Source: Chiloscyllium plagiosum (Eukaryota). Taken from it: a DNA stretch of 55,960 bases. Shown piece by piece: positions 12,113 through 25,257 of the stretch (position 1 is its first letter; the number at the start of each line of letters is the position of its first letter). The stretch covers positions 838,184 to 894,143 of the forward strand of contig NW_025215381.1 of the NCBI RefSeq assembly GCF_004010195.1, read 5' to 3'. The notes below the pieces were generated by a model. It did not search any database. It was given only the letters and a program-made list of their open reading frames with translations, and had not been told where the DNA came from. The translations under genes and the position numbers were made by a program.

Positions 12113-12588
12113 ATTTACAAGGACGTTGCCAGGATTGGAGGGTTTGAGCTATAGGGAGAGGATGTATAAGCTGGGGCTGTTTTCTCTGGAGCATCGGAGG
12201 CTGAGGGGTGACCTTATAGAGCTTTATAAAATCATGAGGAGCATGGATAGGGTAAATAGACAAGGTCTTTTCCCTGAAGTGGTGGAGTCCAGAACTAGAG
12301 GGCATACGTTTAGGTTGAGAGGAAAAAGATTTAAAAGGGATCTCAGGGGAAGCTTTTTCACACAGAGGGTGATGTATGTATGGAATGAGCTGCCAGAGGA
12401 AGTGGTGGAAGCTGGTATAACATCAGCAATTAAAAGCCATCTGGATGGGTATATGAATAGGAAGGGTTGAGAGGGATATGAGCCAAGTGCTGGCAAATGG
12501 GACTAGATTAGTTTCGGATATTTGGTCGGCATGGATGGGTTGGACCGAAGGGTCTGTTTCTGTGCTGTACATTTCTATGACTCTATGA
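12113..12588 (+). mobile_element. HER1/CR1 LINE 3' end
   Basis: [42 protein letters not shown] and ctctatga tail. Confidence 0.92.
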
Positions 12589-13565
12589 CAAGTGAATATC
12601 TACATATTACTAAAATGTTATGAGAGGTTCTGACTCAACCATCCTGTCCAGGCTCCCATCCAGGTTCTGGGAGAAAACATTGTCCTCAACTCTTCTCTTA
12701 GTCTCCTACCTCTTACCTTAAATGCATGTCCCCGGTTCCTGGAATGGAACAGAAAAAGGCCTTTCCTATTCATCTTTTCTGTGCCCCCCACCCCAGTCTT
12801 AGACACCTCTATTTGGTAACATTTCCAGCCCTTCTAATCATCCCTCGGACCCTCCAGTCTAGGTAGCATCTTGCTAAGTCTCCTCTGCACCATCCCTAGG
12901 ACATCCTTCCTGTCATGTGTTGACCAGAACTGCATGCAATGTTCCAGTTATGCCCTAACCAGTGTTTTGCACAGTTCCAGCATATCTTCCTTGCTCTTGT
13001 ATTCTGTGCCTCAGCTAATAATGGCAAGTATGCCATATGCCTTCTTAACCACCTGTTACTTTCTTAACTGCCTGCCCTGCTACCTGCTTCAGGGATCTGT
13101 GGACATGTGCACCAAGGTCCATCTAGTCTTCAGTACATTCTGTATATTCTGAGCTCCCACAATTCACAATGTGATCTCTTGCTTTGCTAGCCCCTCCCCC
13201 ACAAAGTGCATTACTTCACAGTTTTGCAGGTTGGATTCCATTTGCCATGAATCCCATGGAATCTTACTTTTTTGACCAGTGCTTGTTCTTCAGAACTCAC
13301 TTGTCCAAAGTCTCTGCCATTTCCTCAGTCCTCATTATTAATTCCTTTAAGGTACCAATACTCTCAATACGCTTTTCCATTTATATACCTGAAGGAGTTT
13401 TTATTTCAGTTATATTTCATGCTAATCCTATTTCTCTAACCCTTTTTTTTGTTAGTCACCCTTTGCTGGTTCTAAAATTCTGTCCTACCATTAATCTCCT
13501 CAGCATTGTGGACAATCTCTTTCATTTTGATAACATTCTTAACTTCTTAAGACAAAACCACTCTG

Positions 13566-13877
13566 TGGGCAGCACGGTGGCACAGTGGTTAGCACTGCTG
13601 CCTCACAGCGCCAGAGATCCGGGTTCATTTCCCACCTCAGCGACTGACTGTGTGGAGTTTGCACGTTCTCCCCGTGTCTGCGTGGGTTTCCTCCGGGTGC
13701 TCCGGTTTCCTCCCACAGTCCAAAGATGTGCAGGGTCAGGTGAATTGGCCATGCTAAATTGCCTGTAGTGATAGGTAAGGGGCAAATGTAGGGGTATGGG
13801 TGGGTTGCGCTTCGGCGGGTCGGTGTGGACTTGTTAGGCCGAAGGGCCTGTTTCCACACTGTAAGTAATCTAATCTT
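13566..13877 (+). mobile_element. HE1-type SINE, full length
   Basis: gggcagcacggtggcacagtggttagcactgctgcc head and taatctaatct tail. Confidence 0.92.
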
Positions 13878-14989
13878 AACAAATGTGATAGTACTTCATT
13901 CTCAGTGGAATATGTTTTTATTCAAAGTTACAACATATCGTTTTCAATGTTTGTCATTACTTATTTTTAAACTGTTGGCCATTTAACCTATTTTCTTATT
14001 CTACTTTCATCAACTCGGTTTTCATTCCTTTGTAGCTGCCTTCATTTAGCATTAATAGCCTTGTTTCAAATCCCAATTTTTCAACCATAAATTGTGACAT
14101 TCTACCATGTTATGATCAGTTTTATCTACTGTGAGATCATTAATTCACCCAGTCTCATTGCACATTTTCAGGTCCTCTGATTAGTTCCAGAATTTATTGT
14201 TTTAAAAAGCTATCCCAAACACACTTATCTTTGTCAATTTGATTCATTCATTGTGTACGAAAGCTAAAATCAACCAGGATACAGAAGCAGAGAGAGGTGA
14301 TGGCACAGAAAGAAGCATTTAAGCCCATTGATTCTGTGCTGATCAGGAAAGAGATAAAAAAAACTAGACGCTCATTTTAATCCCATGTTCCAGCACCTGG
14401 TCAGCCTCACAGGTTGCAGCACGTTAGGAACAGATCTAGAGCTTTTTAAATGAATTGAGGGTTTTTGCCTCAACCATAAACTGGATGGTAATAATCCAGA
14501 GATTATTGCCTTTGAGATTCTGCCTTTTAAGTTAACCCTGAGATGCTATTAGAACTATCTCAGCAGAATCTCTTTTCTGGTGGCATGGACGGGTTGGACC
14601 GAAGGGTCTGTTTCCATGCTGTACATCTCTCTGACTCTCTGACTCTATGGTCCTAATTCTATCATTGGTACCAAAAAGGACTATGGCAACTGAGCCTCCC
14701 TTTTCACTCCAAATTCCTTACCAGGCACAGGGAGGTTTTTTTTATTCACTCATAGGACATGGGTGTTGCTGGCTGGGCCAGCATTTATAGCCCGTCCCGA
14801 GTTTCCCTTGAGAAGATAGTGGTGAGCTGTTTTCTTGAACTACTGCAGTCCACATGCCGTGGTAACCTTAGGGAAGGAATTCCAGCATTTTGACCCAACG
14901 ACAGTGAAAGAACAGCAATGTATTTCCAAATGAGGTTGGTGAGTGGTTACAGAAGAACTTGGTGATGTTCCCATGTATCTGCTATTCTT

Positions 14990-15825
14990 GTCATAGAGAT
15001 GTACAGCACGGAAACAAACCCTTTGGTCCAACATGCCGACCAGATATCTGAATCTAGTCCCATTTGCCAGCACTTGGCCCATATCCCTTCAAATCCTTCC
15101 TATTCATGTACCCATCCAGATTCCTTTTAAATATTGCAATTGTACCAGCCTCCACCACTTCCTCTGGCAGCTCATTCCATTCATGTACCATCCTCTGTGT
15201 GAAAGGGTTGCCATATAGGTCCATTTTAAATCTTTCCACTCTCACCCTAAACCTATGCCCTCTAGTTCTGGACTCCCCCATCCCAGGTAAACAACCTTGT
15301 CAATTTACCCTACCCATGCCCCTCATAATTTTGTAAACCTCTATAAGGTCACCCCTCAGCCTCCAATGTTCCAGGGAAAACACCCCTAGCCTGTTCAGCT
15401 TCTCCCTATAGCTCAGCCCTCCAACCCTGGCAACATCCTTGTAAATCTTTTCTGAAATGTTTCAAGTTTCACAACATCTTTCCGATATGAAGGAGACCAG
15501 AATTTCACACAATATTCCAGCCGTGGCCTAACCAATGTCCTGTACAGATGCAACATGACCTCCCAACTCCTGTACTCAATACTCCTACCAATAAAGGGCT
15601 GATGCCCGAAAAGTCGATTCTCCTGTTCCTTGGATGCTGCCTGACCTGCTGCGCTTTTCCAGCAACACATTTTCAACTCTGACCAATAAAGGAAAGCATA
15701 CGAAACGCCTTCTTCACTATCCTATCTACCTGCGACTCCAATTTCAAGGAGCTATGAACCTACACTCCAAGGTCTTTTTGTTCAGCAACAATCCCCAGGA
15801 CCTCACCACTTAAGTGTATAAGTCA
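14990..15825 (-). mobile_element. HER1/CR1 LINE 3' fragment interrupted by a Penelope-terminal arm at about 15598-15681
   Basis: [20 protein letters not shown] and WNELP motifs; accaataaagg is duplicated around the insert. Confidence 0.88.
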
Positions 15826-15950
15826 ATAGACAATAGACAATAAGTGCAAGAGTAGGCCATTCTGCCCTTCGAGCCTGCACCACCATTCAATATGATCATG
15901 GCTGATCGTCCTTAATCAGTTTCTGGATTAGTGGTGCTGGAAGAGCACAG

Positions 15951-16450
15951 NNNNNNNNNNNNNNNNNNNNNNNNNNNNNNNNNNNNNNNNNNNNNNNNNN
16001 NNNNNNNNNNNNNNNNNNNNNNNNNNNNNNNNNNNNNNNNNNNNNNNNNNNNNNNNNNNNNNNNNNNNNNNNNNNNNNNNNNNNNNNNNNNNNNNNNNNN
16101 NNNNNNNNNNNNNNNNNNNNNNNNNNNNNNNNNNNNNNNNNNNNNNNNNNNNNNNNNNNNNNNNNNNNNNNNNNNNNNNNNNNNNNNNNNNNNNNNNNNN
16201 NNNNNNNNNNNNNNNNNNNNNNNNNNNNNNNNNNNNNNNNNNNNNNNNNNNNNNNNNNNNNNNNNNNNNNNNNNNNNNNNNNNNNNNNNNNNNNNNNNNN
16301 NNNNNNNNNNNNNNNNNNNNNNNNNNNNNNNNNNNNNNNNNNNNNNNNNNNNNNNNNNNNNNNNNNNNNNNNNNNNNNNNNNNNNNNNNNNNNNNNNNNN
16401 NNNNNNNNNNNNNNNNNNNNNNNNNNNNNNNNNNNNNNNNNNNNNNNNNN
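15951..16450. other. Assembly gap (500 N)
   Basis: Run of N. Confidence 1.
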
Positions 16451-17377
16451 ACCCCCACCTCTGACCCTACTAAAACATTTAATCGCGATAGATTTCTGGT
16501 TAACTGGACATCTGATTCTAATGGAGGTTGATGCAGGCATGGCCATATCAGTGATCACAGAGGCAGTATTTAATAATATTTGCTGTAGACTCCAGCCTTT
16601 AAATTTGTGCAAGACTGCAGCAAAGCTGAGAACCTATACTGGGCAAGAATTACAGATTAAAAGTACAACTTCGATTCTGGTCTCTTTTGGAAGGCTGCTG
16701 GTTCAGTTATCAGTCATTTTATATTTTTGTTTTCCTTTTTTTTCCCACACTACTGCCTAAATCAGTCATTTTATAAATGGCTAGTGCTCAAGCTTGATAG
16801 GGTGAAATTGGTTGCGAGAGATTCACCTAGACTGGCTCAGCATTTTTCGATAAGAAAATAGCAGTCTATGTAAAGTCCTAATTAAATACCCGTAAGTCCT
16901 TCAGGAAGTTCTAGGGACTTTCAGAGGAGACAAAGCCACTTTGCATGTTGACCAGGAAGCAATTCTGCAAGGCCCAATCAAATACTATTTGCCTCTGGGC
17001 TAAAGTAGACGCAAAGATCAGAAGCTGGAAAGTGAAGGAAACATCAAACAAGTCCAATTCGCAAGATGGACAGCACCCATTATACTGACTATGATACCTG
17101 ATGGGTCAGATTGCTTTTATGGGAATTTTCAACAAATAGTAAATCATGTCTCACAATTGGATAAATACCCACTCTCTCAAATAGAGGATGTATTCGCCAA
17201 TCTGGCAGGAAGTTTGTCCTTCACAAAGCTGGACATGAGGTATGCTTATTTAGACCAGGATTCCCAAATGAACACTACAATTAATGGATTGGATCCCTCT
17301 GGATAAGGGCTTGTACCAATATACGAGACAGACTGCTGGGATATCATCAGCCTTGGAAATGGTCTCACAAAAAAGGG

Positions 17378-17777
17378 CCAGCACACAACATCAGGGTCCC
17401 AGGTTCAATTCCAGCCTTGGGCAACTGTGTGGAGTTTGCACATTCTCCCCGTGTTTTCTGATTAGATTCTGGATTGTGGCAGGAAACCGGAGCAACCAGA
17501 GAAAACCCACGCAGACACGGGGAAAATGTGCAAACTCCACACAGACAGTTACCCGAGGCTGGAACCGAACCTAGGACTCTGGTGCTGTGAGTCTGCATGG
17601 GTTTCCTCCCACAGTCCAAAGATGTGCAGGTTAGGGTGAATTGGCCAGGCTAAATTGCCCGTAGTGTTAGGTGCATTAGTCAGAGGGAAATGGGTCTGGG
17701 TGGGTTACTGTTCGGAGGGTTGGTGTGGACTGGTTGGGCCAAAGGGCCTGTTTCCACACTGTAGGGAATCTAATCTG
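17378..17777. mobile_element. HE1-type SINE (+) containing an inverted HE1 fragment at about 17470-17590 (-)
   Basis: The plus-strand SINE resumes at gtctgcatgggtttcc after a reverse-oriented core and head. Confidence 0.8.
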
Positions 17778-18195
17778 ATCAACAAGCCTTCGCTTTCAAC
17801 AAAGAAACACCTATCATCCTCTAAAGTGTTGGCACAATACAGTCCCAAGAAGGATATGGTACTGACATATGGTGCTTCCACATATGGCATCAGGGTGATA
17901 TTAGCTCATTGGTTTCCCAATGGAAAGAAACACCCAATAGCTTATGCATCCAGGACTTTGATTAATGCACAACATAAATATGCCCAGCTAGAGAAAGAAG
18001 AATTGGCGGTCATATTTGGAGTCAGGAACTTCCACTGATAAATTTATCAGCAAAAATTTGTGATAATTATGGAACTCAAACATCTTGGTCTACTCAGAGG
18101 ATAAGGCAGTGCCACCCATATCTTCGAGCCACATACAGTAGTGGGCTCTAATACTCAGTGTTTATATTTATGTCAGAACACCATTCAGGGAGCTA

Positions 18196-20402
18196 AAGTC
18201 AAAAATGACACGACACCAGGTTATAGTCCAACAAGTGGAGGTGCCAGGGTTGGACAACACCAGGTAATAGTCCAATGGGTTTATTTGCAAACAATAGCTT
18301 TTGGAGCGACATTCCTTCATCAGGTACAGTGACACAGAGTTTATAGGCAGAGATCAAAGGATCATACAATTGGTGTGAATGGAATGAACAAACCTAAAAT
18401 GGCTGATGGAAAACTCTCTTGGAAAGGAGATGCAAGTTTCACTAAGATGCAAATTCAGAATTTATTTCAAGTCACTGCCCCAAGATAATTTAAGGTTTTA
18501 TGTCTGCTAACTTTCCAAACTTCAATCAGGCAGAAACTCAAAAGGTGAGGCCTCATTCAGAATCTGTCTCCGAGTTTTAAGTCAGACTGGTCTTGTTCCG
18601 AAATCAGGAATTTCTAAAATGCCACATTGAGTAACAGTGACAATTTTCTTTTAACAAAATAGAATAACAAATAAACAAACATCTAGGAAAAAATTCAGTG
18701 TGAGAAAGTGTGTATTTGTGTGTGTATGTGTATATGTATATTTGTGTGTGTGTGTGTGTATTTATGTGAGAGAATGTGTGTGTGCGCGCTCGCGAGAAAG
18801 TGTAATAAGTAATCCAAAACTGTACACACTAATTAAGGGAGAAAGATCATAACAATTTATCAAGGTGATGGTGTCAAAACAGGACAGTAAGGAAGATTTT
18901 ACAGATATAGAACAGTATGGTGGGGTTACATGTAGTGTGACATGAACCTAGGATCATGGTTGAGGATGTCTTCATGGGTATAGAACTTGGCCATCAGTCT
19001 CTGCTCACAATTCTGCATTGGAGTGTATCTCGAAGACTGAATTGGAGGCTCCAGGAATTCTTCCACAAACCCCAGGACGTCAGCAGCGAGAGACCAATGA
19101 GACAACCAGTTGACAGAGAGATCTGTGGTACAGCAACCAAAGAAGAAAGAATTGGATTGGACCCCTCTGGAAGGTTGCTGCCCTGGGCTCAACATTTATG
19201 CTCAGGCCATCAAGAGACGCGCTAATGCCAGATTCATTAGTTGCCCAAGCATAATGCAATGCCATCCATGCTCTCAAGACCAATCACAATATTGTCATCA
19301 AACTAGCAGACAAAGGAGGAGCCATAGTCATACAAAACAGAACGAACTACTGCAAAGAAGCACACCAATAAATGAACAACCGGGAATACTACAGACAACT
19401 ACATGTCGATCCGAACAAAGAACACAGGACTCAACAGACTAATCAAGACATTTGATCTATTTCTTCAGAGTATTCTCTGCATTGTCATCCTGCATACTTC
19501 TCGCGTAGGGGACTTCTACTGCCTTCCGAAAACACAAAGCTGACACACCTGGACATCGTGCCATATCAGGCAACGGGATCCTGTGTGAGACTCCCTTGGG
19601 CTATGTCAAGGGCATCTTGAAACCTGTTGTACAGGAACTCCCAGCTTCTATCGCGACACTACAGATTTTTTACAGAAATTCAGCATCCCCACACCAGTCA
19701 AACCAGGAACATTCCTCGTCACAATGGACGTTTCAGCTGCCCCACCAATATGGCTATGTATGCATCCAGACATAAGCAAATCTGGCCACCAGACATAAGC
19801 AGCATACACCAGCATCCCACATGACAACAGCATCACTACAAAAGCCTCAGTGCTCAATACCAACAACTGCCAATTTCCAGGCACCATCCTACAACTCATC
19901 CACTTCATCCTCAACCCAACGTCTTCACCTTCAACAGGGACCAAATTTGCACTCCAATATACCAACATTTTCATGCATAAATTCAAGCAAATCTTTGTTG
20001 CTGCGCAGGGCCTCCGATGAACCAGATACATTGACGGCATTTTCTTCCTCTGGACCCATGGCGAGGAATTACTGAACCCCCATCAGGCTAAAACTTTTAA
20101 TTATCTTGGGGCAGTAACGTGAAACAGATTCTGAATTTGGATCTTCATCAATCGAAACTTGCATCGCCTTTCTAACAGAGTTCTCCATCAGCCATTATAG
20201 GGTTGTTCACTCCACTTATATCAATTATATGAGCTTTTGAACTCTCTGCCCATAACTCTGTGTTGATGTGCCCTCTTTCACTGCAACTGATGAAGGAGTA
20301 TCGCTCCGAAAGCTGGTGTTTCCAAATAAACCTGTTGAACTATAACCTGGTGTCACGTGAGTTTTGACTTTTTCCACCCCAGTCCAACACCAGCACCTCC
20401 AC
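18196..20402. mobile_element. Penelope-like element (family 2): inverted 3' part (18196-~19040, -), then RT body and terminal repeat (~19040-20402, +)
   Basis: Plus strand: NIVIKLADKGGAIVIQNR, FYCLPK, FLVTMDVS, YIDGIFFLWTHG. Minus strand: GIY-YIG C-terminus-like EQRLMAKF.THED.LN.D..FMSHY. Terminal repeat present at both ends in opposite orientation. Confidence 0.88.
20287..20315 (+). ncRNA. Degenerate hammerhead core in a family 2 Penelope terminal repeat
   Basis: CUGAUGA-A-GGAG(UAUCG)CUCC-GAAA-GC-UG; the cleavage position is G, so it is probably inactive. Confidence 0.45.
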
Positions 20403-21496
20403 ATTAGAGAGATGCATTGAGTTGCCTCCCATTAGCAGACACAGTACCAATAGTACCTTCAATAGAAGAGTCTGTAAGATATTAAATTTTCTTCATATGC
20501 TCCCAGTCACAGTTAACAATATCAGACTTTGGACACGGACAGATCCATTCTTTTCCAAACTGAAATAATTGGTTTTCATACCGTAAACCAAAAGGCTGTT
20601 GCAGCAAGAACTTAAATCTTTTAGGAGCTGGACAGACAAGTTTATGGTAGAGGAGGAATATTGTTATGAAGTGCCAGAGTTTTTGTCCTGAGCAACAGTC
20701 ACCATCAAATACTGCTGGACTCCACCAGGGCTATCTAAAATGAGGATGCTGGTGAGAGGTTATGTCTGGTGGCCAGGCCTGGATGCATACATAGCCATAT
20801 TGATGGGACAGCTACTAGAGCGTCAACCAGGATAAACATTCCCGCCAGCAGCTCCTTCACATGGACAGGTAAACCTTGGACAAGATTATACGTCAACTAC
20901 GCCTTCCATGGGTTCAATGTTCTTAGTCATCGTGGATGCCCACTCAGAGTGGTTGGATGTGCATAAGATCCATTAATCATATACTGGAATGCAATAGAAA
21001 AACTCTGCATATCTTTTGAAACAGATGGAGTCCTGGAAGTGCTGGTCATAGATAACTGGCTGTTGGTTACCATAGGGAATTTCATTATTTCTTAAAGGCC
21101 AATAGGATTCAACGAACAAGGACGACTCCATACTATCCATCGTCCAATAGCCTGGCAGAAACCTTGACAGCTGGATTGAAGCTTCATGAGATACTGAGCT
21201 GTCATGGTTCTTGCTTGATTAAACAATGACCCTATACGCAACTACAGGGATAGCACCAGCAGAGTCACTAAAGGTGGAAGACTCCATACCAGGTTAAGTC
21301 TGATGTTTCCAGACCTGGGGAAGAGGTGAAACAGCATCAAGAACTCCTGTGCTGGATCCAAGACTCTGCCAAACAAGAGACATTTTGATAACTATACAAA
21401 GTTAGATGCAAGAATCATGGAAATGGCTCCACATGGGAAAAAGGTATAATTGACATGACGTCAGGACTAGTGACGTATAAAATTCAGGTTTGTTCA

Positions 21497-22284
21497 TAGA
21501 ATCTCTGCAGTGTGTAAACAAGCCATTTGGCCCAACAAGTCCACATTGACCCTCTGAAGAGAAACCCACCCAGACCCATTTCCCTACCCCTATTACTCTA
21601 CGTTTCCCCTAACTAAACACATCCCTGAACACTATGGGGCAATTTAGCATGGCCAATCCACCCTAACCTGCAAATCTTTGGACTGTGGGAGGAAACCCAC
21701 ACAGACACAGGGAGAATGTGCAAACTCCACACAGACAGGCAACTGAGGCTGGAATCCAACCTGGGTCCCTGGCGCTGGGAGGCAGCAGTGCTAACCACTG
21801 AGCCACCATGCCGCCCCGATGTAGCTCACCACCATCTTGCCAAGGGCAACTGGGAACAGACAATAAATGTTTGAAACATATAACAAACGAATAAAAGAAA
21901 AATACCTGGATTGGAAGCTGGTGAGTGACAGTCTTAAGGAATAATTGTTTTAGTTTTAAATTAGTAATTAAGTAAACATGAGTCTTTATGTTACAAGAAG
22001 CTTCATTGCAGCCTTAATGCAGGAGTATACAAGTCCTTGGAGCACAGTGGTAGTGTCCATACCTCTGCTTCAAGAGGCCCAGGTTCAAATCCCACCTGCT
22101 TCAGTACATTTTGGGAAGCCCAGAGCCCTCCGTGGTCTGCCACGTGCTGCGATGTCGTTCAGAGTGTGAACAGGGAGTTGGAGGGTGGGGCTTTCTTCTT
22201 CCACTGCATTTTTAACTTGCTACTGTTGGTCTTTCCAAGGAAGGAGCTGATTCGTGACTACTGGTAAAGTTATTCTTGTTTTAA
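21497..22284 (+). repeat. Local duplication copy 1 (reverse HE1 SINE plus flank and CR1 5' segment)
   Basis: 21693-22284 is nearly identical to 25485-26077; the SINE tail portion is more diverged. Confidence 0.92.
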
Positions 22285-22860
22285 CTGTAATAAATACCAA
22301 GATGATAGAGCAACTTGGTTATGTGGAACACATATTCCATGGTATGGGTGAAGTCTGTCCCAAACAGGAGGTACCGCCAGCTACACATGTTTGAGCTCTG
22401 TGTTGCAGAACTCGAGGCGTGCTGGCTGGTGTTACTGCTAACTATAGAAGGCAGAATACATTTAAGGAGGTGGTCACATAACAGTTTAGAATTGTATAGC
22501 CAGAGTAGGAACAGGGGGAACCAAGAGGCAACATGAGAAAACTAGGTAGACCTTAGCAGGGTGCCTTGACTTCATCTTGGTTGCTAAGATAATTTAGGTT
22601 GGATGCAGGTAAGGACAATAATTTCTCAGGACAGTGCAGCCATTGCCAAAACGATAGCATCATGGACAGATCAGCTTTATTGGGGTGGGAACAGCATAGG
22701 AAGGAAGGGTCCATTAATAGTGATAGGGGATTCCACAGTCTGGGAGTGATTCAGGCATTCCTGCAGCTGTCAGCATGACACCATGTTACTTTTCAATACC
22801 AAGGTAAAGAATGTAATAGTATGGCTGCAGGAGCTTCTTCTGGCAGAGGCTATCTCAGCA
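22100..22860 (+). mobile_element. CR1 5' region / ORF1 (SGNH esterase-like) remnant
   Basis: atagtgataggggattcc encodes IVIGDS near 22717; preceded by LELCVAELE-like coiled-coil sequence. Confidence 0.55.
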
Positions 22861-23889
22861 ACTGTGGTCCATCATGGACCTGTGTAGGAATGGAACAAGC
22901 TGTGAACAAGCGGCTAGCAAGGAGATTGAAAGGTGAGCTCTCTCAGTTGAAAAGTGTACAGCATAGGAATTTAGTAATAAATGTTGCATATATAAAGCAC
23001 AAGGAGTATAGTGAATAAAGCAGATAAACTGAAGCACATGTGGCAGTGTGATGCTGTTGCTAAAATGGAAATGTCTTAAAGCAGGTTAGGAAGACAATTG
23101 TTGGTCTATTGAAGTTTCAGGGCAGTGGATGTTGAGTCATTGAACATATTCAAGGCTGAGTTTGAGAAATTTTTCATTAATAAGGAAGTCAGGGGGTGAG
23201 GGAGGTCTGGGTGTGTGTGTGTGTGTGTGTGGCAGGCAGAGAGGAAAATAGAGAATGAAGGCCACAGCCACATCAGACATCTTACTGAGTGGCCCAAGCA
23301 GAATCAATGACTCATTGCTGCACCTATGTTCCTATAAAGGAGGATCAAAGTCACGATATAATTACAACATTTACAACATGGATATATGAACAGGAGGAGT
23401 TGAGAAGAATATGGGTCAAAAGCTGGCAAATGGGACTATGTCAAATTGGGATGGCTGGTTGTCACGGATGAGTTGGATGAAGGATGTGATTCCCTGCTGT
23501 ATGATTCCATGACTGAAGGGATCAGAGCACAAGGATCATAATTTGATAATTGAAGCATTGCTGTGCTGGGAGCTAAGACAGGTTGCAGTTGCTGAACAAA
23601 GTTAATTTCTGTTGATCTCTTCCTCCAAGTATCCCATCCACAATGATGTTACTGAAACATTAGCCTGACATCAAGCAACGTCAGCTGATAATTGGTTGCA
23701 GGCACATCATGTTGAATTTGTCAGTGTGTGAAGATAAGTCGAATTTTATTGCACTTCCTGTAATTTTCAATTCAAAATGTTCTATGCTTCCACAAATTTT
23801 AAGAACAGTATATTTTTGGGGGGAAAAGGTGCTGTACTTACATTGACAATCGAATTTACACAATTGACTGTATAGAAATTAACAAGATT

Positions 23890-24330
23890 TGAGCTCATGT
23901 TTCTGTCACATAACAGTCTCCTCCTATCCCCATTTCCCACCAGCAGCACAATACTTCTTCCCTTTATCCAGTTTCAATATATCAACACTATTCCCTGTGG
24001 GAGTGAGGCCCACGTTTCTCCTGAACCTCTTGATGAAAACATTCCTCCTGAATTCCCTTTGGGATTTAGTAGCAGCTGACCAATATTGAGGGCTCGAATT
24101 CTGGCTTCCACCACAAATGGAAACATCCTCTCTATGCCCAGCCTATCAAACCCCTTCATCATTCTAAAGACCTCCATCATGTCACCCCTCAGTCTTCTCC
24201 TCCAGAAAAAGAGTGCCAGTCTGTTCAATCTCTTCTGTCAGGTAGAACTTCATATTTCTAGCAACGTCTACACTGCTTCTTCCAGTATGGAAATTAAAAC
24301 AGTGCCCAGTGTTGTCAAACACCAAGCTGT
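23890..24330 (-). mobile_element. CR1 LINE 3' fragment
   Basis: RRRLRGDMMEVFRMMKGFDR. Confidence 0.75.
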
Positions 24331-24697
24331 TGGACACAACTCAGGAAATTTGGTATTGATTCTCAATTGAGACCAGTTCAGCAAGGCTGAGGACAACTCC
24401 CAGGCTCCTTCTACATTGGACAAGTTAGTCTTAGATAGATTAATTACAGTGTAGAAAAAACAGGCCCACACCAAGCCACCGAAGCGCAACCCATCCAGAC
24501 CCATTGCCCTACTCTGCCATTCACACTGACTGTAAGCACAGGGACACTATGTTCATTCTGAAGATACATATTTAATTTCTACAATTCATTCCAAGCAGCG
24601 GAACAAAGGTGCAGATTTCAAAACTTTTCTCGGTAGAAAAACAGAGATTTTGTTAAAAGTTACACAGCTAATGTTTCCAAACAGCCTGCTTTCTAAA

Positions 24698-25030
24698 GGG
24701 AGATCATGGCCTCGTATCACTGGACTTTTAATCCGGAGACCAGCTGGGGACCCAGGTTCAAATCCCACCACAGATGGTGGATGTTGAATTCAATAAATAT
24801 CTGGAACTAAGAATCTAATGGTGACCAACAAACCATTGCTGGAAAAACCTACCCAGTTCACAATGTCCTTTAGGGAAGGAAAGTGCCATCCTTACCTGAT
24901 CTGGAGTACATGTGTCTCCAGACTCTCAGCAATGTCATTGACTCTTGACTGGCCTCTGGGCAATAAGGCAACAAATGATGGCCCAGCCAGTGATGCCACT
25001 CATCCCATGAACGAGTTTAAAAAAAAACTG
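24698..25030 (+). mobile_element. tRNA-derived SINE distinct from HE1
   Basis: B box ggttcaaatccc and core tcctttagggaagga..tgccatccttacc; related copies at about 34910-35185 (+), 45310-45655 (-) and 50840-51120 (-). Confidence 0.65.
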
Positions 25031-25257
25031 TAGGTGCAGGTCTCTTCGAAAAATACAGGAAACGTGCATGGGTAAGAGCAAAGCCAGGTAGGTGGGGGGG
25101 CCAAATTGCAGATCGCTGAAAATGCAGTTGGACAGATGATGGACCAAATAATCACTTTCGCATTGCAGAATAGGGCGACAGGATCTAACCAGTCACAGGT
25201 TCTTATGCTCTGAATCTCTCAGCTCACCAAACAAGCACCACAACCGCTACTTTGATA

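Larger units (their letters stand above)
16480..21490 (+). mobile_element. Decayed Gypsy/Ty3 LTR retrotransposon pol (PR-RT-RNaseH-IN), interrupted by SINEs and a Penelope-like element
   Basis: MEVDAG..ISVI (protease), DKYPL..IED.FA.LAG...FTKLD (RT), PIAYASRTL....YAQLEKE.LAVIFGV..FH (RNase H), and YVWWP, PW.RL and YYPSSNSLAE (integrase) in Gypsy order; many stops and frameshifts. Confidence 0.88.

Noticed and set aside
15896..16612. Long ORFs here and at 36645-37764
   Set aside because: Artefacts of translating through N runs
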